The position numbers were made by a program, and so were the translations under genes. The notes under the pieces were generated by a model. The model saw only the letters and a program-made list of their open reading frames with translations, searched no databases and was not told the DNA's origin. From assembly GCA_963702475.1 (NCBI GenBank), contig CAVPCT010000001.1, positions 200,545-264,544 on the forward strand: a stretch of DNA of 64,000 nucleotides, given 5' to 3'. The first letter of the stretch is position 1. Each line of letters opens with the position of its first letter. Source of the stretch: an uncultured Thermoleophilia bacterium (lineage in GTDB: Bacteria; Actinomycetota; Thermoleophilia; UBA2241). Shown here piece after piece: positions 18,935 to 27,740 of the stretch.

Positions 18935-20605
18935 TCATATCGTACCCTCGGCTGCAGCAGGTGATTCGCCGCCGGAGGACTCATCTCCTTGCTCGGTGAC
19001 CGCGCTCTGCTTTGCGGCGCGCAACGCCAGGGCGCAGAGCCCTCCGGCCGCCGCGAGAACGACGGCGACGATGAACGTGCTGGCGACGGCGTCGGTGAAC
19101 CAGCCCTGGAACGTCGTCTTCATCATCGCCGCGGCCGTCTCAGACAGGCCTGAAGCGCCGGACGGCATGCTCATGGCGCCGCCCTCCGCGGCCGCCGCGA
19201 CGATCTTCTGCTTGACGGCGTCCGGGATGCCCTGGAGGGCCTCGACGCCGGCCGTGATGTTGGCCGTCACGCGGTTCTGCAGGACGGCTCCGAGCACGGC
19301 GATGCCCAGCAGGCTGCCGACCTGGCGCATGGTGGAGAGGACCCCGGAGGCGTTGCCGATGCGCTCGCGCGGGGCGGTGGCCATCACCGCCGACGTCACG
19401 GGCGCCACGGCCAGCCCGATGCCGATGCCCGAGATCAGGAAGGGCACCAGCAGGCTCATCGGCGTGGTGTCCGGCGAGATCTTCTCGATGCCGGGCAGCA
19501 GGCCGGCCATCCACGCGAGGCCGGCGGCGAGCAGGAACATGCCCAACGCCACGATCCACGTGCTGCCCAGCCTGTCCGACAGCATGCCCGCCGCCGGCGC
19601 CGCGACGATGATGATCAGCGACATCGGCACCATGACCAGGCCGGCTTTGATGGCGCTGTAGCCCAGCACCGACTGCAGGAAGATCGGGATCATGAAGAAG
19701 GCGCCCATCATGGCGGCGCTGAGCAGGAGCCCCGTCGCGTTGCCGGCGGCGAAGGTGACGCGGCGGAAGAGCGAGAAGTCGATGAGCGGCTGGCTCACGC
19801 GGTGCTCGCGCCGGAAGAACAGGACGAAGGCGACGGCAGCGGCGGCGAAGAGCCCGATGATGGTGGCCGAGGTCCAGCCGTAGCTCTGCCCCTCGATGAG
19901 CGCGAACGTCAGGCAGAACAGCGAGGCCGTCACCAGTCCCACGCCGGGGAGGTCGAGGCTCTTCACGGCGGTGGGGTTCCTGCTCTCCGGGACGAGTCTC
20001 AAGGCGAGCAGCACGCCGATCACGCCGATGGGGATGTTGACGAGGAAGATCCAGCGCCAGCTGTCGGCCGCATCCGGCCAGGTGACGTACTGGACGATGA
20101 CGCCTCCGAGCGTGGGACCGATGGCGGTGGCCAGACCCGACACACCGCCCCACACGCCCATGGCTGCGCCGCGCTTTCCCGCCGGGAAGACGGCGGCGAT
20201 GATGCTGAGGGTGGCCGGCATCATGGCCGCTCCGCCGATGCCTTGCACCACGCGGAAGGCGATGAGCAGCTCGATGGTGGGAGCCAGGCCGCAGGCGAGC
20301 GAGCCGGCGGTGAAGAGGACCATGCCGATGATGAAGAGCTTGCGCCGGCCCCACAGGTCGCCGAAGCGGCCCAGGGTCACGAGCAGCACGGCGAACGCCA
20401 GGATGTACGCGTTCATCACCCATTCGATGCTGCCGAAGGTCGTGTCGTAGGAGGACTGGATGTGGGTGAGGGCGATGTTCACGATCGTGCCGTCGAGAAG
20501 GATCATGAAGAGGCCGAGGCAGAGCACAGCGAGGACGGCCCACGGGTTGCGGGCGGGCCTCACCTCGCCGGTCGTGTCGTGGCCGGTCGGGACGGGTGAG
20601 CTCAT
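18935..20605 (-). CDS. DHA2 (EmrB/QacA) MFS efflux transporter
   Basis: LDGTIVNIAL, GRFGDLWGRRK, IGPTLGG, WRWIFLVNIPIG; about 14 TM segments. Confidence 0.92.
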   Translation of the reverse strand: MSSPVPTGHDTTGEVRPARNPWAVLAVLCLGLFMILLDGTIVNIALTHIQSSYDTTFGSIEWVMNAYILAFAVLLVTLGRFGDLWGRRKLFIIGMVLFTAGSLACGLAPTIELLIAFRVVQGIGGAAMMPATLSIIAAVFPAGKRGAAMGVWGGVSGLATAIGPTLGGVIVQYVTWPDAADSWRWIFLVNIPIGVIGVLLALRLVPESRNPTAVKSLDLPGVGLVTASLFCLTFALIEGQSYGWTSATIIGLFAAAAVAFVLFFRREHRVSQPLIDFSLFRRVTFAAGNATGLLLSAAMMGAFFMIPIFLQSVLGYSAIKAGLVMVPMSLIIIVAAPAAGMLSDRLGSTWIVALGMFLLAAGLAWMAGLLPGIEKISPDTTPMSLLVPFLISGIGIGLAVAPVTSAVMATAPRERIGNASGVLSTMRQVGSLLGIAVLGAVLQNRVTANITAGVEALQGIPDAVKQKIVAAAAEGGAMSMPSGASGLSETAAAMMKTTFQGWFTDAVASTFIVAVVLAAAGGLCALALRAAKQSAVTEQGDESSGGESPAAAEGTI

Positions 20606-21078
20606 GGCGTGTCCGGTCCTCTCAGCTCGTCGATGAGGGCGCCCAGAAAGGCGACGAGCGTCTCGGGGGCGATGTCGGGAAAGCGCGCGGAGACGGAGGC
20701 CAGCCGCGCGCGCCAGATCTCCAGGGCGCCTTCGGCCATGGCCTCGGCCGTGCCCGCCAGGCGCACGCGCACCACACGCCGGTCACCGGGATCCGCTTCG
20801 CGGCGCACGACGCCCTTCTCCAGCAGCCGCGTGACCAGCTCGCTGGCGGCCGCGCGCGAGATCTCGAGGCCGGAGGAGAACTCGCTCATCGTCACGGTGC
20901 CGCGGTGCGCGAGGAACATGACGGCCTGCATCTGGCGGCCTGTCAGGGGGGCCAGAGCTGGGTCCGGCCTCGCCTCGGCGTGGTGCGGAGCCGAGTCGTA
21001 GAGCGCCACGGCGAGCTCCGGCAGCAGCCTTGCGAGGCGGGTGGTGACGTCGTCCTCTTTGTTCGACTGCTCGTTCAT
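20602..21078 (-). CDS. MarR-family transcriptional regulator
   Basis: ISRAAASELVTRLLEKGVV..DPGDRRVVRV; overlaps the MFS start. Confidence 0.88.
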   Translation of the reverse strand: MNEQSNKEDDVTTRLARLLPELAVALYDSAPHHAEARPDPALAPLTGRQMQAVMFLAHRGTVTMSEFSSGLEISRAAASELVTRLLEKGVVRREADPGDRRVVRVRLAGTAEAMAEGALEIWRARLASVSARFPDIAPETLVAFLGALIDELRGPDTP

Positions 21079-21114
21079 TCGGTACCCGAATGATAAGGTA
21101 TCCGAACTAGTTCG
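21077..21114. promoter_or_regulatory. Putative MarR operator array
   Basis: ATTCGG-TAC-CCGAAT palindrome (21077-21091), near-copy GGTATCCGAA 16 nt downstream, and CGAACTAGTTCG palindrome (21103-21114), all at the marR start. Confidence 0.55.
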
Positions 21115-21178
21115 TCCAGCGCGCCGTCGTAGCCGACGTACAATCGGGACGTGTCGTGACTTCCGACGCGCACGTGCC

Positions 21179-21898
21179 GTGACCACTCTCCACGACGACA
21201 TCCCCACGCGCCGCTTCCCGGCCGTCACGGCGATCCTCATCGCCGTCAACGCGGCCGTGTTCGTCTTCGAGCTGACCCTGCCGCGCTACGGGCTCACGCA
21301 GCAGGGTCTCTTCGCCAAGATGGGGGTCGTCCCCTACGAGCTGGCACACGGGTACGATGTCCCGCCGGCCGATCTGGTCCCGTGGTGGGCGACCATGTTC
21401 ACCGCGTTGTTCATCCACGGCGGCTGGCTGCACGTCATCTTCACCATGCTGTACCTCTGGGTCTTCGGCAACGACGTGGAGGACAGGCTCGGGCGCTGGC
21501 GCTTTCTCGGCTTCTACCTGGTGTGCGGCATCGTCGCCACGGCGCTCGAGGTCCTCGTCTCCCCCGAGTCGACGGTCCCCGTGATCGGCGCCGGCGGGGC
21601 CGTCGCCGGGGTGCTCGGCGCCTACCTTGCCCTCCACCCCCGGGCGAGGGCGTTCACGGTGTTCGGCCTGGGCATCGTCCTCCCGGTCGTCTCCGTGCCC
21701 GCCTGGATCCTGCTCGCCGTGTGGTTCGGGCTGCAGGCGGTGCAGGGTGTGCTCTCGTTCGGGCACCCCGCCGTGGCCGTGGCGTTCTTCGCCCACGTCG
21801 GCGGCTTCGTCGCCGGGCTGGCGCTCGCCGTGCCGCTCGATCGCATCGGCAGGCGGCGTTACGGCCGCGCGGGCCTGCGCGGCGGCCGCAACGTGTAA
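21179..21898 (+). CDS. Rhomboid-family intramembrane protein lacking the catalytic Ser
   Basis: DDIPTRRFP, FIHGGWLH, VEDRLG, IGAGGAVAGVLGAY (canonical GASG), AHVGGF. Confidence 0.85.
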   Translation: MTTLHDDIPTRRFPAVTAILIAVNAAVFVFELTLPRYGLTQQGLFAKMGVVPYELAHGYDVPPADLVPWWATMFTALFIHGGWLHVIFTMLYLWVFGNDVEDRLGRWRFLGFYLVCGIVATALEVLVSPESTVPVIGAGGAVAGVLGAYLALHPRARAFTVFGLGIVLPVVSVPAWILLAVWFGLQAVQGVLSFGHPAVAVAFFAHVGGFVAGLALAVPLDRIGRRRYGRAGLRGGRNV

Positions 21899-21907
21899 GC
21901 TGTCGGC

Positions 21908-22720
21908 ATGGTCGCCGACCACCACATCCATACGGGATTCTGCCCTCATGCCACGGGAGAACCCCGGGCGTGCGTGGAACGTGCGCTCGCCCTCGGCATG
22001 ACCGAGCTCGGGTTCGCCGAGCACCTGCCCTTCCCGCCGGGGTGGCGGCCTCGCCACGACGTCACCGACGACTGGGCCATGTCGTGGGACCAGGTGGACG
22101 AGTACTGCGCGACCGTCCAGGATCTCGCCCGGGAGTACTCTGCCGACGTCCGCATCGTGCTCGGCATCGAGGTGGACTATCTGGACGACTCCGTGGAGCA
22201 GACGGCCGCGGCCGTCGCCGCGTACCCCTTCGAGTACGTCGTCGGCTCGGTGCACATCGTCGGCGACAGGTTCGCCTTCGACCACCCCGACCTGCGTGAC
22301 GAGCTCACCGCGTACGGCCTCGACCGCATCCACCTGGAGAGCCTCGCGCTGGCTGAGCGTGCCGCCGCCAGCGGGCTCTTCGACGTCATCGGCCACCTCG
22401 ACCACGCCGTCAAGTTCGGGCCGCCGGCGGACGAAGACGCCGTGCGCGCCGCGGCGGGCAGGGCCCTGCGGGCCGTCGCCGCGGCCGGCATGACGCTCGA
22501 GCTCAACACGGCCGGCTGGCGCAAGGCGGGGCGGCCGTTCCCGGCGCCGGAGCTGCTCGCCGAAGCGTGCGCGCTCGGTGTGCCGCTCGTGATCGGCTCC
22601 GACGCCCACCGGCCCGACGATGTGGGGGCCGACTTCGCGCGCGCCGTGGAGGCGGCGCGCACGGCCGGCTACAGCGAGATCCGCCGCCTGAGCGGCGCGC
22701 CGCCGGAGCCGCTGCCGTGA
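21908..22720 (+). CDS. hisK: Histidinol-phosphatase, PHP (HisJ/HisK) family
   Basis: DHHIHT.FC.HA, GFAEH, GIEVDY, GSVH, GHLD, ELNT.G, GSDAH. Confidence 0.85.
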   Translation: MVADHHIHTGFCPHATGEPRACVERALALGMTELGFAEHLPFPPGWRPRHDVTDDWAMSWDQVDEYCATVQDLAREYSADVRIVLGIEVDYLDDSVEQTAAAVAAYPFEYVVGSVHIVGDRFAFDHPDLRDELTAYGLDRIHLESLALAERAAASGLFDVIGHLDHAVKFGPPADEDAVRAAAGRALRAVAAAGMTLELNTAGWRKAGRPFPAPELLAEACALGVPLVIGSDAHRPDDVGADFARAVEAARTAGYSEIRRLSGAPPEPLP

Positions 22721-23658
22721 ACAGCCACCGCAGGCACACTGTCGAGGGGGGCGCCGCAGGAGCACCGCTCCGCACCTTCGGCAGCAGGCTGATGGCGGTC
22801 TTCAACGCGCACTCCGGCGGCGGGGAGTTCCGCCGCGACCTGCCGCTCATCCTCGGCGCAATGAGGGGCCTGGGGTACCGCGTCGACGAGCGCGAGACCG
22901 AGGGCGTCGGCGACGCCACGCGTCTCGCGCGTGAAGCCGTGGCGGGCGGGTACGACCTGGTCTGTGCCATCGGTGGCGACGGCACGGTGAACGAGACGCT
23001 CAACGGTCTGGCCGGCACCGAGGTGCCGCTCGCCATCGTCCCGACGGGCACCGTCAACGTGCTCGCCATGGAGCTGGGCATCCCCTTCGAGCCTCCCGAC
23101 GCGGTCAGGCTCCTGCAGACGGGCAACGTCTCGTGGATCGACCTCGGCCTCGCCGGCGAGCGGCACTTCGCGCTGATGGCCGGCGTCGGCATGGACGCGG
23201 CCGCCGTCGCCTCGCTGAACCCGGTGATGAAGAAGGCCTTCAAAGAGGCCGCCTTCGCCGTGCAGGGGTTCGCCAACTTCCTCACCAAGGATGACCCGCT
23301 CATCCGCGTCGCCAGCGCCGAGCGCACCGTGGAGGGGTACTTCGCCGTCTTCGGCAACTCGTCCAACTACGCCGGCGGTTTCGGTATCACTCCTCTGGCA
23401 GACATGCGCGACGGTCTCCTCGACGTGTGTGTGCTCAAGGACAAGTCGTTCCTGAGCACCATCTGGTACTGGACGGCGGCCCTGCTCAACGCCCACATCA
23501 GCCACTCCAAGGTGGAGTACTTCCGCACCGAGAGCGCCGAAGTGACCACGGTGGACGACGACAAGGAGGTGCTGGTGCAGACGGACGGCGAGGTCGCCGG
23601 CTGTCTTCCGCTCACGTGCCGGGTGGTCCCGCGCGCCCTCCGCGTCATCGTCCCGTGA
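22717..23658 (+). CDS. Diacylglycerol/lipid kinase family (YegS/Rv2252/BmrU)
   Basis: FNAHSG, GGDGTVNE, PTGTVN, G.GMDA, DGLLDV, QTDGE. Start could instead be ATG 22792. Confidence 0.88.
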   Translation: MNSHRRHTVEGGAAGAPLRTFGSRLMAVFNAHSGGGEFRRDLPLILGAMRGLGYRVDERETEGVGDATRLAREAVAGGYDLVCAIGGDGTVNETLNGLAGTEVPLAIVPTGTVNVLAMELGIPFEPPDAVRLLQTGNVSWIDLGLAGERHFALMAGVGMDAAAVASLNPVMKKAFKEAAFAVQGFANFLTKDDPLIRVASAERTVEGYFAVFGNSSNYAGGFGITPLADMRDGLLDVCVLKDKSFLSTIWYWTAALLNAHISHSKVEYFRTESAEVTTVDDDKEVLVQTDGEVAGCLPLTCRVVPRALRVIVP

Positions 23659-23680
23659 CCCGGCTCGAGAGGGCACAGCC

Positions 23681-25117
23681 GTGAGGCCACGCATCGGGCC
23701 GCCGCCGTCAGAAGAGACCGACGCCCTTCACGAGGCGAGCCTCGAGGTCCTCGAGCGGACGGGGGTCGTCTTTCCGGACCCCGCCGCACGCGCCGTGCTG
23801 GCGTCCGCGGGGGCGCGCGTCGACGAGCCGACCAGGGTGGTGCGCATCCCGCGGCGGCTCGTGCAGGACGCGCTGGCGGCGGCGCCGCGCGAGGTGGTCC
23901 TGGCCGGGCGCGACCCGGCGCACGACGTGCGCTGCGACGGGTCGCGGACGGTCCTGACTCTCGACGGCACCGGCGCGTACACGCTCGATCACGTCACCGG
24001 CGCGCGCAGGGCCTCGACCATGCAGGATCTCGCCGACGCCGCCCGGGTGGCCGACGCCGCGCCCGAGATCGGTGTGGTCTGGAACGTGGTGTCCGCGTCG
24101 GACGCGCAGCCCACGACCCAGGTCCTGGAGGAGCTCTCCGCCTGCCTGCGCAACACCGGCAAGCACGTGCAGGGCGAGGTGCAGCGCGCCGAGGAGGTCC
24201 CCTACGTCATGGCGATGCTGGAGGCAGCCTCGGCCGACGGACGCTGGGACCCTGCGCGCCCGTTCTTCTCCATCGTCTACTGCCCGGTGCCGCCCCTCCA
24301 GCACGAGCCGCACATGAGCGCGGCCGCGGTCGCGCTGGCGCGCGAGGGCGTCCCCATGTGCATCTACGCCATGGGCCTGGCCGGCGCGACGGCGCCGGTG
24401 ACCATGGCGGGCGCGGTGATGCAGGCCAACGCCGAGATCCTCAGCTCGCTGGTGTTGTTCCAGCTCGTGCGCCCGGGCCTGCCGTGCATCTACGTGGCCG
24501 ACACCGGCGTGCTGGACATGCGCACCGGGATGTACTCGGCCGCTTCCCCCGAGTCCATCGTCATCACGCACGCCATGGCCGCGCTCGGCAGGAAGTACAG
24601 CCTGCCGGTGATGGCGACGGGCCTCACCGGCGACGCCAACGACTTCGGCGTGATGAGCGGCGCCGACGCCGGCATGACGGCGCTGGCGGCCATGCTCATG
24701 GACCCTGACCTGCTCTGCGGTGCCGGCATGCACGATGGCGCCCAGATGCTGTCACTCCCCAAGATCCTCCTGGACTGCGAGCTCTTCCGGCGGTGCCAGC
24801 GGGTGCTTGAAGGCATGGTGGTCGACGAAGCACGCCTCATGACGCGCGTCGTCGACGACGTGGGCCCCGGCGGGCACTTCCTCAAGGCGCGCGAGACGCG
24901 CACGCATCTGCGCGCCGGCGAGCTGCACGTACCCGAGCTGCTGCTGCGCGAGCCCTACGAGACCTGGAGCGTCTCGCGCGGCGACGAGGTGGAGCGGGCC
25001 CGGGCGGCCGTGGACGGTATTCTCAGCGGGCATGCGCCGGCACCGCTGCCGCGAGGCGCTGAGCAGAGGATAGAGGAGCTCATCGCCGCTGCGGCCGGGG
25101 AGCTCATGGGCCGCTGA
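23681..25117 (+). CDS. Trimethylamine methyltransferase (MttB) superfamily, non-pyrrolysine member
   Basis: HEASLEVLERTG, GATAPVTMAG, NAEIL, DMRTG, VGPGGHFL; no in-frame TAG. Confidence 0.88.
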   Translation: MRPRIGPPPSEETDALHEASLEVLERTGVVFPDPAARAVLASAGARVDEPTRVVRIPRRLVQDALAAAPREVVLAGRDPAHDVRCDGSRTVLTLDGTGAYTLDHVTGARRASTMQDLADAARVADAAPEIGVVWNVVSASDAQPTTQVLEELSACLRNTGKHVQGEVQRAEEVPYVMAMLEAASADGRWDPARPFFSIVYCPVPPLQHEPHMSAAAVALAREGVPMCIYAMGLAGATAPVTMAGAVMQANAEILSSLVLFQLVRPGLPCIYVADTGVLDMRTGMYSAASPESIVITHAMAALGRKYSLPVMATGLTGDANDFGVMSGADAGMTALAAMLMDPDLLCGAGMHDGAQMLSLPKILLDCELFRRCQRVLEGMVVDEARLMTRVVDDVGPGGHFLKARETRTHLRAGELHVPELLLREPYETWSVSRGDEVERARAAVDGILSGHAPAPLPRGAEQRIEELIAAAAGELMGR

Positions 25118-25144
25118 GCGCCGCGGGCCCCGCTCAGCGGCGGG

Positions 25145-25738
25145 TCACAGTCCCATCACCTGCGAGAGCCTGCGCAGGCGCTCGGCGTAGTCCTTGCGGG
25201 CCTTCTCGTCGCGGCCGGCCAGCTCCTGCGGCGTGGCCACAGGCACGATCTTGAAGGCGGGATTGTCGAAGAGCCGCAGCTCCAGAGAGTCGCCCGGCTC
25301 GTACGGCAGGTCCTTGAAGAGTCGCTTCAGAAGATAGCGGGCCGTGGCCTCACCGACCGGGAGCACGTAGTGCGGCGTGGTGATGGTGAGCTCCCGCGAG
25401 AGGAAGGGGAAGCAGTCGTCCTGCTCCTCCGTCTTGGGTGCGCGGATGTCGCACGCGGTACGCGGCACGCATTTGGTCAGGCTGGTCACGTACACCTTGT
25501 CGGGGTTCTCGGCGAGGGCCGGCATGAACTCGGCGAGGCCGGCCAGGACGCTTGCGCCCGCTTCCTTCGCGCCCTCTTCATCCGCCGGGTCGGGGTGGAG
25601 AGCGACGACCATCACCGCGCAGTGCGGGTGGCCGCCGCCGGGGACGGCGCGGAGGCGGCAGGCGACGAGCTCGTCGCACTTCGTGCACTCTCCGACGCTC
25701 CGCGCCAGCGTGTCCAGTTGTTCGACCGCGTCTTCCAT
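25145..25738 (-). CDS. Family-4 uracil-DNA glycosylase-like Fe-S protein with degenerate active site
   Basis: CTKC.L...R..AVPG.G, YVTSLTKC.P, R.P...E...C.PFL.RE. GEAPG is replaced by ALHPD and HPA by ATP. Confidence 0.75.
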   Translation of the reverse strand: MEDAVEQLDTLARSVGECTKCDELVACRLRAVPGGGHPHCAVMVVALHPDPADEEGAKEAGASVLAGLAEFMPALAENPDKVYVTSLTKCVPRTACDIRAPKTEEQDDCFPFLSRELTITTPHYVLPVGEATARYLLKRLFKDLPYEPGDSLELRLFDNPAFKIVPVATPQELAGRDEKARKDYAERLRRLSQVMGL

Positions 25739-25794
25739 GGTGGGTCTCCTCTCTGGATGAGCCGGCGCCGGCGCGCTCGCGCCGGGCCGGCGGG

Positions 25795-26136
25795 TCAGCC
25801 TCCGCCGTCGGCCAGGCGGTAGTCGCAGGTCAGGGTGTCCGGCCGCCCGACCAGTGCCAGCATGAGCTCGTCGCCGAACGGCGCGAGCACCACGTTGAGG
25901 CCGTCGAACTCGACTGAGATGAACTTGGCCTCGCGCTGCCCCAGCTCGGTCGCCAGCCGGGAGCTGATGTCGATGACGCCGGCCGCCTGGGCGGCGACGG
26001 CGTCGACCGCGATGTCCGGGTCGGCGTCGGCGGCCACCACGAAACCGTCGCGCGAGATGAGCAGGGCGGCGACGACGCCCGCGTTCACGCGGTAGGGCGC
26101 GAGGCGCGCGGCCAGGGCATCGGCGGGGCCGTTCAT
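25795..26136 (-). CDS. Roadblock/LC7 (MglB-like) domain protein
   Basis: GVVAALLISRDGFVVA..DAVAA..ELG..ISVEFD pattern. Confidence 0.8.
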   Translation of the reverse strand: MNGPADALAARLAPYRVNAGVVAALLISRDGFVVAADADPDIAVDAVAAQAAGVIDISSRLATELGQREAKFISVEFDGLNVVLAPFGDELMLALVGRPDTLTCDYRLADGGG

Positions 26137-26441
26137 CCGCGCTCCAGGGCGGTGTCAAGGTCGGCGCCGACGGCCGCGGCGAACGCGTCCGCAGAGGTCT
26201 TCTCGGCGAAGACACGGGTGAAACCGCCGGCGAGGCCGGCGAGCTCGCTCAGGAAGATGGTGGAGCGCGGGATGGGCGACGTGCCGTCGTCGCCCGCGCT
26301 GGGCACCGACCCCTCGAGAGGGAGCTCGACGAGGGTATCGCCGCTGACGAAGAGCCTGCTCGCCTCGCGTCCGGACAGCCGCACCTTCACGCACACGGCC
26401 ACGCCGTCCGGTACCAGCTCCTTGGCGATGTCGATCTCCAC
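26133..26441 (-). CDS. Hypothetical protein (102 aa)
   Basis: TAGGCT -10 element 6 nt before GTG; ATGA overlap with the roadblock gene. Confidence 0.65.
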   Translation of the reverse strand: MEIDIAKELVPDGVAVCVKVRLSGREASRLFVSGDTLVELPLEGSVPSAGDDGTSPIPRSTIFLSELAGLAGGFTRVFAEKTSADAFAAAVGADLDTALERG

Positions 26442-26540
26442 AGCCGAAGCCTAGCGAGGGCGTGTGGGCGTGGCAAGACGGGGGAGGCGGGAGTCCGTGC
26501 GGAAGAGGACGCGGCGCGCCGGGGGCGGCCGCCCCCGGCG

Positions 26541-27527
26541 TCACTGTGCGGCGGCGAGCGGGACCACGGTGGGCGCCGGCTCGGCCACCGCCGGCGGGGC
26601 GCATGCCTCGTCGCGGGCGGCCGCCAGCAGTGCGTGCAGGTCGCGCACCGTGGGGAACGACGAGGCGCCGATGCTCAGCGTCTGCCGGCGCCCGCCGATG
26701 AGGTTCGAGCTGACGTCGTGACCGATGTCGGCAGCGAGCTCTCGCGCCTCTGCAAGCGAGCGTCCGGGCAGCGCCAGCAGAAAGACGTCGGCGCGCACGC
26801 GGAAGGCCGTGTCGTCGGGGTCCAGCTTGCGTTGGATGCGCCGCGCGACGCCGCGCCCCAGCTCCTCGGTGCGCTCCGCCCCGAGGAAATCCCGCGTGTC
26901 GCGGAAGTGCTCCATGCGCAGCACGACGACGCTCAGCGGCCGGTGGCTCTCGAGTGCCTCTGCCATGCGCGGCTCGAGCACGTCGTCCAGCCGCTCCCCC
27001 GTGTAGAGGCCGGTGGTGGCGTCCACGAGCGCCGGCCGTCGCGGGACCTCCGGCGCCCTGCGCAGGCGGGTCGCCGCGATCCAGCCCCCGGTGGCGAGGA
27101 CCGCCACCTTGGCGACGCCGCCGAGGCGGCTGCCCCCAAGCGACGGATCGGCGATGGCGAGCACGACCAGCAGAAGGAGCGTGGGGGCGAGCAGGTACGG
27201 CCACTCCTTGCGCGGCGAGGCGGCGAGCTGGCCGAGGGCCAGCGCGGGGATCGCCGCGAGGAGCCAGCTGTCAGCACCGCCGGCGAACACGAGCACGCAC
27301 CCGAGCAGGAGCCAGTCGCAGGCGACGAACGTGAACGAGAGGTGGGCGCTGCGCGAGCGTGCGACCTGGATCGACCAGAGACCGAGAAGGACGCCGACGG
27401 CGGCGGGTAGCGAGGCGTAGCCGTACCCCAGCGCCAGCGCGGCGACCGCGACGACGGCGAAGAAGAGGGTGCGGTAGCGGCCTCGCAACAGCGCCGGGTG
27501 ACGGCGGTTGCGAGACGGACGGCTCAC
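26541..27527 (-). CDS. Membrane protein with a degenerate GGDEF domain
   Basis: About five TM segments, then D.TTGLY..PLSVVVL..EHFR..RVRADVF (for RxGGDEF)..TLSIG.SSFP. Confidence 0.8.
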   Translation of the reverse strand: MSRPSRNRRHPALLRGRYRTLFFAVVAVAALALGYGYASLPAAVGVLLGLWSIQVARSRSAHLSFTFVACDWLLLGCVLVFAGGADSWLLAAIPALALGQLAASPRKEWPYLLAPTLLLLVVLAIADPSLGGSRLGGVAKVAVLATGGWIAATRLRRAPEVPRRPALVDATTGLYTGERLDDVLEPRMAEALESHRPLSVVVLRMEHFRDTRDFLGAERTEELGRGVARRIQRKLDPDDTAFRVRADVFLLALPGRSLAEARELAADIGHDVSSNLIGGRRQTLSIGASSFPTVRDLHALLAAARDEACAPPAVAEPAPTVVPLAAAQ

Positions 27528-27583
27528 CAGCGCGCCGTCCGGGTCATGCAGGGCGATGAGGGTACGCGCAGCATGCGAGGCCT

Positions 27584-27731
27584 ATTCTGCACCCCCACGG
27601 GCAATCCTTCAAGGTCAAGTACAGGGTTTGACCTGACTGTCGCCTTTCCAGGCGACACCTGTGCCGGCGGGGCGTGCGTGAGGACTCACGACGCACGGCT
27701 GGGTTTCCCGGCCGGCCGCCTCCTATATAAT
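27584..27731. promoter_or_regulatory. Divergent promoter region with two adjacent perfect palindromes
   Basis: AGGTCAA-N9-TTGACCT (27612-27634) and TGTCGCCT-N4-AGGCGACA (27638-27657); minus-strand TTGAAG-17-CAGAAT; plus-strand TATAAT at 27726-27731. Confidence 0.55.
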
Positions 27732-27740
27732 CGTTGCCCC

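Noticed and set aside
23681-25117. Pyrrolysine-containing MttB
   Set aside because: No in-frame TAG; the equivalent codon is GCC.
27600-27670. c-di-GMP-I riboswitch upstream of the GGDEF gene
   Set aside because: A GNRA hairpin is present, but the GGCAAAC/GACGCAAAG core is missing and the element lies upstream of the predicted promoter.
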